Assembly (NCBI GenBank): GCA_043800255.1
Contig: JAZDNF010000013.1
Location: 96,001 to 160,000, forward strand
Source: Candidatus Altiarchaeota archaeon
GTDB lineage: Archaea; Altiarchaeota; Altiarchaeia; IMC4; SCGC-AAA252-I15
Length of the DNA stretch: 64,000 nt
Reading direction: 5' to 3'
The position numbers and the translations under genes are program-made. This document shows positions 29,587 through 38,781 of the stretch, in pieces (position 1 is the stretch's first letter; every line of letters begins with the position of its first letter). Below the pieces are notes generated by a model, which saw only the letters and a program-made list of their open reading frames with translations, did no database searches and was not told the DNA's origin.

Positions 29587-30375
29587 TCATTTCCATACTT
29601 TCCATTCGGCTTTGCCGGAAGTCCACAGCTTGTTTAGGTAGTCCATATCCCGGACATTATCCATGCAGTACCAGAAGTTATTGTGGACAAATGCACGTAA
29701 CCTCCCATCTTCTGCGAGTTTTTCCATAGCCCCGAACTCAAAATCACAATCCTCGTCATGAGTCAAGTAATCGAAAAAATCCTTCTTGAAAACAAAGAAG
29801 CCGCCGTTTATAGTGCCAGAACCAAGCTGCGGTTTCTCCTCGAATTTTTTTACTTTATCGCCGGAGAGTATTATCTCCCCGAAGAGGGAGGGAGGTCTAA
29901 CTGCCGTTACTGTTCCAATTTCACCATGCCTGAGATGGAAGTTATGTAGTTTATTGATGTCAACATTCGCAATCCCGTCTCCGTATGTAAGATGGAAGTT
30001 ATCTGATTTAACATACTTTTCTATGCGTTTTATCCTGCCCCCCTTGAGTGTTTCCAAGCCGGTATCGGCAAATGTTATTTCCCACTCGTCCCCGTTGCTG
30101 GAATCGTGGATTACGGGTTGCTTGTGGGGGTCCATATCAAGGGTGAAATCGCTTGAGTTTATCCGGTAGTGATAGAAATACTCTTTGATGTACTCTCCTT
30201 TGTAGCCTAATGCTAGTATGAACTTTTTGAAACCATAGTGCGCATAGATCTTCATTATGTGCCACAATATCGGCCTCCCTCCGATCTCAACCATCGGCTT
30301 AGGCTTAGAAACCGTCTCCTCCATAAGACGAGTTCCCTTACCACCACATAGAATGACGACCTCTGGTTTTTCCAT
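29587..30375 (-). CDS. rfbF: Glucose-1-phosphate cytidylyltransferase
   Basis: LCGGKGTRL, KPKPMVEIG, LTYGDG, FWYCMD. Confidence 0.88.
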   Translation of the reverse strand: MEKPEVVILCGGKGTRLMEETVSKPKPMVEIGGRPILWHIMKIYAHYGFKKFILALGYKGEYIKEYFYHYRINSSDFTLDMDPHKQPVIHDSSNGDEWEITFADTGLETLKGGRIKRIEKYVKSDNFHLTYGDGIANVDINKLHNFHLRHGEIGTVTAVRPPSLFGEIILSGDKVKKFEEKPQLGSGTINGGFFVFKKDFFDYLTHDEDCDFEFGAMEKLAEDGRLRAFVHNNFWYCMDNVRDMDYLNKLWTSGKAEWKVWK

Positions 30376-30406
30376 GATTTTCTCTATTTCTTATCTAAAC
30401 GAAATC

Positions 30407-32266
30407 CTACCTTATAAATACATCATACATTTCATCATTTATTTCCCCAAATAGCCCACCTATTGTTTGCCCCCATCCGCCTCTTTTTGAGGATATAATG
30501 CTTTCCTCGTTATCGATAATTTTTCTCACAGCATGCTTGATCTCTTCGGGCGAACTGACGCTTATTCTAGTTTCTGGATTGAGATCTAGTGGGTCCAAAT
30601 CTAGCTTGTAATCTGACCGTACATGAACTACGGGGACAGTTAGAGCCATAGCTTCAACGCATGTTGTTGAGGATGTGTAGAGCAACAGATCACTTTTCAT
30701 CAAAAGATTACTGAGCAAACCGTTTGAAATAGTGAAATGTGGGGGTAATGAATTTATCCCTAGGTGGTTTTTCATAGAATCAAATGGTGTTAAAGGATGA
30801 CACTTTAGTACTACCTCATAGTCATGTTCATCTTCGAACGCCTTGAGAGTTTTCCATATTAATTCTAAGGCCTCATTCTTATCAACCGATGTTGTAACGA
30901 TAATCTTGTGCGGAAAGTGAGAGTCTTTTGACGTTCCTTTGACTTTGGTTGAATCTCTCATGCGTAGGATATGTGCAAACCGTATTGCACTTCCACACCT
31001 TATTTTTTTGGCGTCATAACCGGATTCTAAAAACATTTTTTGAGTGAGTTTTCCACTGGTGATTATCACATCAGGGGACGGCATCACAGCTGACTCGTTC
31101 TTTGAGAAGAAATAATTTAGGAACATGTTCGAGACGGGGACATGCTGGTAACCTATGACATTTGTTGCAGGATAGAACTCCCTAAAAGCAAAACAGTAAG
31201 CTTTCTCCCATACCTGATTTTCATAGGTATAAATGAATCTATCTACAGGTAATCTTCTTTTATTAATATTTTTTACAATATTGTATCGGAGCAAGCTTCG
31301 TTCCACCCTGGATCCTGTCCAATCATCCTTTAGGTTTTCGTAAATCAAGTCAGATATGTCGAAATTCTCGAACAGCGGATAACTCTGGGTTTTAGGATAG
31401 TCCATAAACGTTTTGAACATGACGCTGAGTATGTCTGAAAAATTAATAAATGCTTCGGGAATCAAAAAGTTCTTTTTGCTTTGATCTATCTTTTTGATTA
31501 ATTCACCGTAGGAGTTTCCAATAATCTGTGAAACGATCAGTACATCCTCTCCATTCTGGATTAGATAATCGCTCAAATCTCCAAAATAGGTGTCCACGTA
31601 ATTGTCATCTGAATCAAATGAGCGTTGGTCAACCCAGTTGTGGAGTAATACAAAGCCTTTTCCCTTTTGATTTTTTTTTGGTCGAATATTGCTGAATTGA
31701 TATTTTCTCATTAAGATCAGCTTGTATAAGCTGTCTGTAAAAAAGACTCGTTTATATCGGAAGAACCTGGAGATATCCCCGAATAGCTCATGTATATCTT
31801 GCGTCAGTGATTCTACCCTGAGAACCGCATGTTTTTGTGTGGAACAACAATTCTTGAGGATGCTCTTTCTGAGATACCTACTTTCAACAAAGAACACAAT
31901 AGTACCCCCGTTCTTATTTGACTCTAGGATATCTGAACAAACGTTGAGATAGCAACACTGTAGGAATACCCTCGAATTAAGTGGACTCTTCTCTGAGAGG
32001 GATTTTGACCACCATAGGAGAGAGTTATTTTTAACGCTTAATTCTCCAACATAGTTGATATATTTCTGGCGCAGAATGTTGGCAGTTTCCTGTATTTTTT
32101 CCGAAATATCGATTCTCTGACCGTTATTTCCAATCGATTTTTGGAGAAACAATGCCTTCACCACATCTTCCCCAAGATAAGCCCACCGGAATTGTCTTCC
32201 ATGAGTATGTTCTAGTGCCCTGTATACGCTTTTCTCCAAAGGCGGGCAGATTATAACCTGCATCAT
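30407..32266 (-). CDS. Surface carbohydrate biosynthesis protein, GT-B-like (candidate ulosonate transferase)
   Basis: YENQVWEK, GYQH, LKCHP, SSTTCVEA. Confidence 0.55.
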   Translation of the reverse strand: MMQVIICPPLEKSVYRALEHTHGRQFRWAYLGEDVVKALFLQKSIGNNGQRIDISEKIQETANILRQKYINYVGELSVKNNSLLWWSKSLSEKSPLNSRVFLQCCYLNVCSDILESNKNGGTIVFFVESRYLRKSILKNCCSTQKHAVLRVESLTQDIHELFGDISRFFRYKRVFFTDSLYKLILMRKYQFSNIRPKKNQKGKGFVLLHNWVDQRSFDSDDNYVDTYFGDLSDYLIQNGEDVLIVSQIIGNSYGELIKKIDQSKKNFLIPEAFINFSDILSVMFKTFMDYPKTQSYPLFENFDISDLIYENLKDDWTGSRVERSLLRYNIVKNINKRRLPVDRFIYTYENQVWEKAYCFAFREFYPATNVIGYQHVPVSNMFLNYFFSKNESAVMPSPDVIITSGKLTQKMFLESGYDAKKIRCGSAIRFAHILRMRDSTKVKGTSKDSHFPHKIIVTTSVDKNEALELIWKTLKAFEDEHDYEVVLKCHPLTPFDSMKNHLGINSLPPHFTISNGLLSNLLMKSDLLLYTSSTTCVEAMALTVPVVHVRSDYKLDLDPLDLNPETRISVSSPEEIKHAVRKIIDNEESIISSKRGGWGQTIGGLFGEINDEMYDVFIR

Positions 32267-32270
32267 CAGT

Positions 32271-33047
32271 TCAATCAGATAGTTTCTTGAATTCCTTGAC
32301 TACGTCCTTAAATTCGTAGTATAGAACTGCACAGTCTACGAAGTAGGTAATGAATTGGAACCCAAGATCTCTTAGGAGCCGTATCTCTTCAAGGTTATGG
32401 GCAAGTGACCCGACCGCAATACCCTTGCTATGGATTTTTTTGGCATTTTTTTTCATGAATTCCAAGACTCGGAGGTCGTTCACCTTGCCGGGCTTTCCAA
32501 CAGCCTGTGATAGGTCGTACTGTCCGATGTAGATGACATCAATGTGTTTCTCATCTATTATTTTATCGATGTTCTTCATACCCTCGACTCCTTCAACAAT
32601 GAGAACCGTCATAGTCTCCTCATTTTCATTTGCAGCATGAGACTCAATGTTGTCTCGAGAGTAACCACCAGTCCGCGTATACGGTGTGAATCCGCGCTTT
32701 CCTATGGGAGCATATTTTGCATTGGATATCGCATGTTTTGCATCTTCTGCATTCTCTATATGTGGGATGACGACGCCATGAGCTCCGATGTCTAAGGCAC
32801 TTAGTATCGTTGCTTCATCATTTTTGGCAACTCGTATGATTGGAGTGCAATTCCGTGCCTCTGCCGCCCTTACGCAGTTTTCTGCAGTTTCTGTGCTGAA
32901 TGGCCCGTGTTCCATGTCAATGATGACAAAATCAAGACCAGCAGCACTGATAACCTCAACTGCGGTGGGAGAGGGGATGGTACACCATGTTCCCAAGACC
33001 AAGTCACCTTTTTTCAGTCTTTTTTTCAACAGATTTGTTTTGTTCAT
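32271..33047 (-). CDS. HpcH/HpaI pyruvate aldolase family
   Basis: IDMEHG, IRV, LDIGAHGVVIPH, YIGQYDLS. Confidence 0.88.
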   Translation of the reverse strand: MNKTNLLKKRLKKGDLVLGTWCTIPSPTAVEVISAAGLDFVIIDMEHGPFSTETAENCVRAAEARNCTPIIRVAKNDEATILSALDIGAHGVVIPHIENAEDAKHAISNAKYAPIGKRGFTPYTRTGGYSRDNIESHAANENEETMTVLIVEGVEGMKNIDKIIDEKHIDVIYIGQYDLSQAVGKPGKVNDLRVLEFMKKNAKKIHSKGIAVGSLAHNLEEIRLLRDLGFQFITYFVDCAVLYYEFKDVVKEFKKLSD

Positions 33048-33055
33048 GTTTCGGA

Positions 33056-33811
33056 TTATGTTATTTTAATTTTGGAGATATCCTTTATAACATACGCGGT
33101 AATTCTTCTCAGCTCTCTTTCAGGGGTTAGACCGCTGCCTACGCCAATTGAAGCCCTTATTTCAGAGTTTAATCCCATTTTCACGTCTGTTATAGCATCT
33201 CCAACCATAACGGTCTTTGATTTGGGTATCCCAAGCTCTTTGACGATGAGGTTAATCATGTCTGGAGCGGGTTTTCCGTTTTTCACACTATCCGCACCGA
33301 CAATATAATCTATCTTCTTTGACAGCATTAGGTGATCCATTATCAATTTGGCTCGGTCCAATTTATCTGTAGTGGCGATGGCTATCTTGCATGAGCTAGT
33401 ATTCAACGCCGTGAACAGGTCATAAAGCCCGTCTAATGGTTTCACTAATTCGTCCAATTTATCATATGAAATCCTGTCAACTTCATTGAATACTCTAAAA
33501 CAGAGGTCATGTGTATTTTGATGTCCGATGTTTGAAAGATAATCAACGGCGGCCTGCATCACAACTTCCCTCTTTTTCAGACCGACTGGACCCTCTGACC
33601 TTATCCTTCTGTTTTTTTCATCTATCCCCATCGCATACATAAGCTCTTTTTTGTGTTTTGAATTTATTCCCAACCGCTCACAAATAAGTTCAGCGCGATA
33701 TCTCACCATCTGAGACCAGTAAGTGTAAACATCAATCAAAGTCCCATCTCTATCGAATATCATGAGCCCAACACCTTCTATTTTTTTACCATCTATACCC
33801 AAATCAACCAT
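33056..33811 (-). CDS. HAD-family phosphatase
   Basis: FDRDGTL, KPAP, MVGDAITD. Confidence 0.88.
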   Translation of the reverse strand: MVDLGIDGKKIEGVGLMIFDRDGTLIDVYTYWSQMVRYRAELICERLGINSKHKKELMYAMGIDEKNRRIRSEGPVGLKKREVVMQAAVDYLSNIGHQNTHDLCFRVFNEVDRISYDKLDELVKPLDGLYDLFTALNTSSCKIAIATTDKLDRAKLIMDHLMLSKKIDYIVGADSVKNGKPAPDMINLIVKELGIPKSKTVMVGDAITDVKMGLNSEIRASIGVGSGLTPERELRRITAYVIKDISKIKIT

Positions 33812-33838
33812 GATATTACCTTGTGTGGATAATTTATT

Positions 33839-35215
33839 TCAAAAGTTTTTCTTTATTTTCCTCAAAATATTTGTAACGATACTATTTTCTCCGAATAGTG
33901 CAATTATCCTCTTTTTTATTATCCTCTTGTTTATTTTGTAAGGATATATAAGAATTTCCCAATTTTCATAATAATATCTAAGTTTTTCTTTATACTTTTC
34001 GGGATAGTTTAAAACAGTATCTCTTCTCTCATTTGAAAAATCCTCGTACATTTTTTGATTAACTAAACCCTTTGAGAAAGAGTAATCACCAAGCACGGTC
34101 CCTTTGTAGGGGTAATATATACTCACGCCGCTATCTGTTGGTCTAATTTTTCTATTTAATTTTATAGTATCCCCTAGCATATCCTCGGTTTCACCGGGAA
34201 CTCCAATTATATTAAAAGCACAAGTCTCAATTCCATATTTTCGACAAAGACTGAATACCATAATAATTTGTTCATTAGAGATATTACGGTTCATTATTGT
34301 ATTTCGGACATACTCATTCCCAGATTCTATTCCAAATAAAATTCGATAACACCTTGCTGCTTTGAGTAATTTTATAAATTCTTCATCAACCACGTTTGGT
34401 CGCAATAAACATATAAATTTGATATTAATCTCTCTTTTATATTTCTCACAAAATTCTTTTCCCCATTTTTTGTCTAAACCAAACGTGTCGTCTAAAAACC
34501 AAACTGTATCGAATTTATATTTTTCAAGTGCATCTTTAATTTCATTGATACATGAGTCTACAGACCGATACCTAAGCGTATTATGCGACATCCCATAACG
34601 TTTAGCAAGAGCATGATTACTACAATAGGAACATAGATAGGGGCAGCCCCTTGAAAACAAAAATGGTGCATATCCGTTTATTTCTATAAATTCCTCGAAC
34701 AAAGAATCTTTTATCGGATAGGGTAGAATATCAAGGTGTCGAATTAGGGGAGTAAGTGTGTTTATAATAACTCTACCGTATTTTCTATATGCAAAGTTAT
34801 TTGTATCTCTGTAATCCTTGCCTTCATTGATTTTATCTAAGAAATCGCTGAACGCCAACTCTGATTCGCCAACGAAAATGCCATCGATATCCGTAGTTTC
34901 CAACAAGGCATCAGGATATAATGTCACATGGACCCCCCCCACGACAATAATTATTTTTTCATTAACATCTTTTATCAGTTTTGCCAATTTTTTAACACAA
35001 TTATATTGAGATGAAACCGAAGTAAACCCAACAACTGTTGGATTAAAAGAATTTACCTCTTCAATCAATTTATTAAATTCATTTTCTTCGCGTATTGATA
35101 GAATTTTGACATTATATCCCTTGTTTTTAATATAACTGGCAATGCTACTAATGCCAAAAGAATAGGGCACTTCATGAAACCCACTAATATTTGTAATGAC
35201 AAGTAAAACATTCAT
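33839..35215 (-). CDS. B12-binding domain radical SAM protein
   Basis: GGVH, SRGCPYLCSYC, GIESG; visibly more AT-rich than its neighbours. Confidence 0.88.
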   Translation of the reverse strand: MNVLLVITNISGFHEVPYSFGISSIASYIKNKGYNVKILSIREENEFNKLIEEVNSFNPTVVGFTSVSSQYNCVKKLAKLIKDVNEKIIIVVGGVHVTLYPDALLETTDIDGIFVGESELAFSDFLDKINEGKDYRDTNNFAYRKYGRVIINTLTPLIRHLDILPYPIKDSLFEEFIEINGYAPFLFSRGCPYLCSYCSNHALAKRYGMSHNTLRYRSVDSCINEIKDALEKYKFDTVWFLDDTFGLDKKWGKEFCEKYKREINIKFICLLRPNVVDEEFIKLLKAARCYRILFGIESGNEYVRNTIMNRNISNEQIIMVFSLCRKYGIETCAFNIIGVPGETEDMLGDTIKLNRKIRPTDSGVSIYYPYKGTVLGDYSFSKGLVNQKMYEDFSNERRDTVLNYPEKYKEKLRYYYENWEILIYPYKINKRIIKKRIIALFGENSIVTNILRKIKKNF

Positions 35216-35225
35216 TTTAAGCTTG

Positions 35226-36218
35226 TTATCTCATATTATCCAAAATCAATTTTTCAGCCGTTGAAACCGCCTTTTCAATAAGTTTTATATTACCCTGAAA
35301 ATCTTTCTTGCCAATGTGGTCCTTGATTATTTTTCTTGCAAATGTTCCGATTGCTACACCATTTATCTCAACACCGCATAATTTTGCGAGTTCCCCAGTC
35401 TTACTGTTCGTTCCGCCTGATGCAGTAACAAATACGGGTATTTTACTCTTCCGTATAATGTCTGCTATTGCGATTGTCTGCAATGTTGTGTTATAGTCAT
35501 CTTTTCCCCCGCTCATCGGGGCGCCATCTGCTTGTATTACGAGCCTGCTCCCGCTTATCTCATAAACCTCCTTTATCCTCCTGATTAGATGTGTGTCAGA
35601 CAGTTGGGATCTGTCGAGGCACATGCTTATAAAATTGTTGGGTATTAGGGAGTCTATGACCCCCCAGTCTGCCATAACCGCATTATCATCTGGAATAATG
35701 GCATGAAGCTCTAACGTTTCTGTCCCATTCGCTATGCATTCTGGGAGTATTCTGTCAAAATCAACTTTTCTATTGTAGAACTCTACAGCCTTCTGTCCGC
35801 ATACTCGCTCACAGGCTCCGCAGCCGATACACCTGATCTCTTGGATGATAAAATCGTTGTTTATTGCACCCTGCAGACACGCCTCCAAACACTTGCCGCA
35901 TTTTATACATATATTATATTTAATTCTTGCCTTGCGGACATGAGGATCACCTTTCAGGCCAACGCTTACGTTTATGAACGGCCTAATTTTGATTTTCCGT
36001 TTTAATTTTGGGGCGAGTTCCTCTGCCTTATCCAACGCCGTTACGGCACTCTTAACAACATCCACATTCGCTGAAATGTCAATTGCCGTAGCTCCGGCAA
36101 GTGCATAAACCAAGGTTAGCTTATACACCTCTGCTGGATCTTCGTTTCCCGCACCACAGACTACTTTAAAATATTTTCCCTTTTGGAAAATTCTTTTTAA
36201 TTCCTCGTATCTGCTCAT
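35226..36218 (-). CDS. LdpA-family 2x[4Fe-4S] protein
   Basis: FKVVCGAGNED...VYALAGATAID, GDPHVRKA, CIKCGKCLEAC and CIGCGACERVC, QADGAPMSG, ASGGTN. ATGA overlap with kdsB. Confidence 0.78.
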   Translation of the reverse strand: MSRYEELKRIFQKGKYFKVVCGAGNEDPAEVYKLTLVYALAGATAIDISANVDVVKSAVTALDKAEELAPKLKRKIKIRPFINVSVGLKGDPHVRKARIKYNICIKCGKCLEACLQGAINNDFIIQEIRCIGCGACERVCGQKAVEFYNRKVDFDRILPECIANGTETLELHAIIPDDNAVMADWGVIDSLIPNNFISMCLDRSQLSDTHLIRRIKEVYEISGSRLVIQADGAPMSGGKDDYNTTLQTIAIADIIRKSKIPVFVTASGGTNSKTGELAKLCGVEINGVAIGTFARKIIKDHIGKKDFQGNIKLIEKAVSTAEKLILDNMR

Positions 36219-36967
36219 TTCACGTACTGCTGCCATATTTTGTCCTTCTTCATTAATCCCTTAACAATCTCCAACTCTTCGGGAGTGTCAACAGACTGCG
36301 TATCATGGTCCACTATGAATGCCTTCATCTTATAACCGTGTTCCAGAATCCTGAGATATTCTATGTATTCGATTTTTTCAAGTGGTGAGAGACCCCATCG
36401 CGCATATTTAATGAGAAAATCCTTCCTGAAGGAAACTAGGTTGTAAAGTTTGAGAAGTTTATCATGTTTTACCCTAGCCGTAGACGGTATATCCTCACGA
36501 GAGAAGTACAATATTTCATCGTTGAGGTTTACAACAACCTTGCACTCGTTGATATTGTTGAATTGATTTGTTCTACACAGCAATGTCGCTGCTTGTAGGC
36601 CTTCATCCTCGATTAATGGCCGCACGACCTTTGATATATCCTCAGGCATTACAAGCGGTTCGTCCCCCTGAACATTTACCACTATCTCACAGTCTATTTC
36701 TTTGACAGCTTCTGCAATCCGGTCAGACCCTGTTCTGTGCTCCTTTGAGGTCATTACAGCCTGCCCTCCGTGTTCCTCTATCACCTTACATATTTCTTTA
36801 GAATCGGTAGCCACATATACTAAATCAAGATCCTTACATAGTTTAGCTCGTTTCATGACATGGACTATCATAGGCAAACCGAGTATATCCTTCAGCGGCT
36901 TGCCGGGAAATCGACTTGACTCAAGTCTTGCAGGTATTACACATACGACCTTTTTATCCTGTATCAT
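36215..36967 (-). CDS. kdsB: 3-deoxy-manno-octulosonate cytidylyltransferase family
   Basis: PARLESSRFPGKPL, TGSDR, NVQGDEP, YFSR, SVDT. Confidence 0.88.
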   Translation of the reverse strand: MIQDKKVVCVIPARLESSRFPGKPLKDILGLPMIVHVMKRAKLCKDLDLVYVATDSKEICKVIEEHGGQAVMTSKEHRTGSDRIAEAVKEIDCEIVVNVQGDEPLVMPEDISKVVRPLIEDEGLQAATLLCRTNQFNNINECKVVVNLNDEILYFSREDIPSTARVKHDKLLKLYNLVSFRKDFLIKYARWGLSPLEKIEYIEYLRILEHGYKMKAFIVDHDTQSVDTPEELEIVKGLMKKDKIWQQYVK

Positions 36968-38664
36968 ATAACACCTCCAACATAATAGTTTTCAAACGAT
37001 GTGGGAGTTATTATCTTAAAGGGTTCCATCTTGGCCTTTATTTGGTACTGGTATAGTTTCTGTAAGTCTTCTTCCATCTTCTCCTGCAGCGTTGACTCGG
37101 TTTCCAATCTTGAAACATAATCTCCCTTGTAGAAATGTGCGGATTTCTTCTTGCTTTTGTAGCCATCCATTCCAGCGATATAGATGCTCTTAGCACCCAT
37201 CACAATTGCTAGAGGTATCATCAATATGACAACGGTTGCTGGCTCAGTGTATATCACCCCGCCTTTAATGTCGAAATCATCTTTTGATAGATATTGGATT
37301 GCCTCATAGTCCAGGTTAGGATTCAACTGCTTGACGTGCTCGTGCAGATAACTACCTATCATCAACTTTGAATGCTTGTCGACTGTTGAGATGTATTTTT
37401 TAAATCTCTCGAAGTCGTTGAATATGTGGTACGTCGGTATGAATTTCTTCCCTAGGTAATTAGAGCCGAGGACAATCGGATTTTTCTTTTTGATGAACTC
37501 CTTTATCTTTTCCTCATACTCATTCAATGATGGACCATTTGCGATTATAAGAAAATCCATCCCTTTGTGCCGGTTAACATACGGGGGCTCATCTATAGGG
37601 ACACTGATCTTTATTTTTGACAAATCAACAGGAACATCGGATCGCTTGTCTAAAATCACCGTCTTGTCGATGGCTTTCTGAAGAAGATCCTTGTCAAAAC
37701 CCACGGTAGTCATGTTCTTTAGAGTTGATAGTATTGAGAACACATCTCGCATAGAATATCCCCTTTTCATCAATTCTAAGGAGTATGTTGGGTGGCAGTT
37801 GCTGACGCCTGACAAGAGATAAGGTATGTCATAGCCCCAATGGATATCATATTTTACAATCTTGAGTTCCTTATCAATGAACTCCAGTAGGGGTATCAGA
37901 TCATATCTTTGACTATTAAACTCGTTCAGAAACAATAGGATGGTTTCTATTGGGAGGTTGCCTGCACCCCTTCCCATGCCGTTAATGGATGCATCAATAT
38001 ACTCTGTACCTGCTTCAACGGCAGCTATTGTATTTGCAAATGCTAACTGTAGATTGTTATGTGGGTGAAAGCCAATAACTTTCCCAGTTCCACTCTTGAA
38101 TATTTGAATTAGGTTACTGAGTTCATTTGGTAAAAGAGAGCCAAAACTGTCAGCCAAGTAGATTATGTCAGCGTTTGATGTTCGTATTTTATCAATCGCA
38201 TTTTCGATTTGATTTTGCGTATATTTTGTTATGCCCATTAGATTAAGTGTTACAACATATCCCTCATCAATCAGATCATCTGAGAGTACTATTGCTTCGT
38301 CTAACTCTGGTTGGTAGAAAGCTAACCGGATAATGTCTACTAGTGAGCTGCCTTTTTTTACAAAGTCGTCTTTTTTTATTTTTCCAATATCACCCATAAT
38401 CGAAATCTTTAGGTTTGACTTTTCAGATACTATAGAGTTGATAAACTCCTCAGGTGTGTGTCTCCATATCCCAGTATCCTCCATTACTCCTTTAGTGGTT
38501 CTGTATCCCAACTCCATGATATCTGTTCCAGAATGGGAGATCGCATCATATAGTTTCTTGACGAATGAGTAATCAAATCTCCATTTGTTCAGATGTCCAC
38601 CATCTCGTATAGAACAATCCAATACCTTAACTTTCTTGAATTTTTCGAAAGAATCTGTTTGCAT
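36964..38664 (-). CDS. DRE-TIM (HOA-like) aldolase fused to a Maf/DUF115/CstII-like domain
   Basis: LDCSIRDGG, ADSFG, FHPHNN, GMGRGAGN; C-terminal IIANGPSL and IYIAGMDGY..HFY. Confidence 0.75.
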   Translation of the reverse strand: MQTDSFEKFKKVKVLDCSIRDGGHLNKWRFDYSFVKKLYDAISHSGTDIMELGYRTTKGVMEDTGIWRHTPEEFINSIVSEKSNLKISIMGDIGKIKKDDFVKKGSSLVDIIRLAFYQPELDEAIVLSDDLIDEGYVVTLNLMGITKYTQNQIENAIDKIRTSNADIIYLADSFGSLLPNELSNLIQIFKSGTGKVIGFHPHNNLQLAFANTIAAVEAGTEYIDASINGMGRGAGNLPIETILLFLNEFNSQRYDLIPLLEFIDKELKIVKYDIHWGYDIPYLLSGVSNCHPTYSLELMKRGYSMRDVFSILSTLKNMTTVGFDKDLLQKAIDKTVILDKRSDVPVDLSKIKISVPIDEPPYVNRHKGMDFLIIANGPSLNEYEEKIKEFIKKKNPIVLGSNYLGKKFIPTYHIFNDFERFKKYISTVDKHSKLMIGSYLHEHVKQLNPNLDYEAIQYLSKDDFDIKGGVIYTEPATVVILMIPLAIVMGAKSIYIAGMDGYKSKKKSAHFYKGDYVSRLETESTLQEKMEEDLQKLYQYQIKAKMEPFKIITPTSFENYYVGGVI

Positions 38665-38781
38665 AATTCTATCAGCTCTTGGGTATATTGTAGATATAGG
38701 TATAAACATAAAAAGTATCTTAAACCTAGCAGTCAACAAAAATGGATTAGTATATCACAATCCACAAATTACAAGTGCTTT

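Noticed and set aside
35226-36218. Evidence for a circadian clock
   Set aside because: No kai genes in the window; the context is sugar biosynthesis
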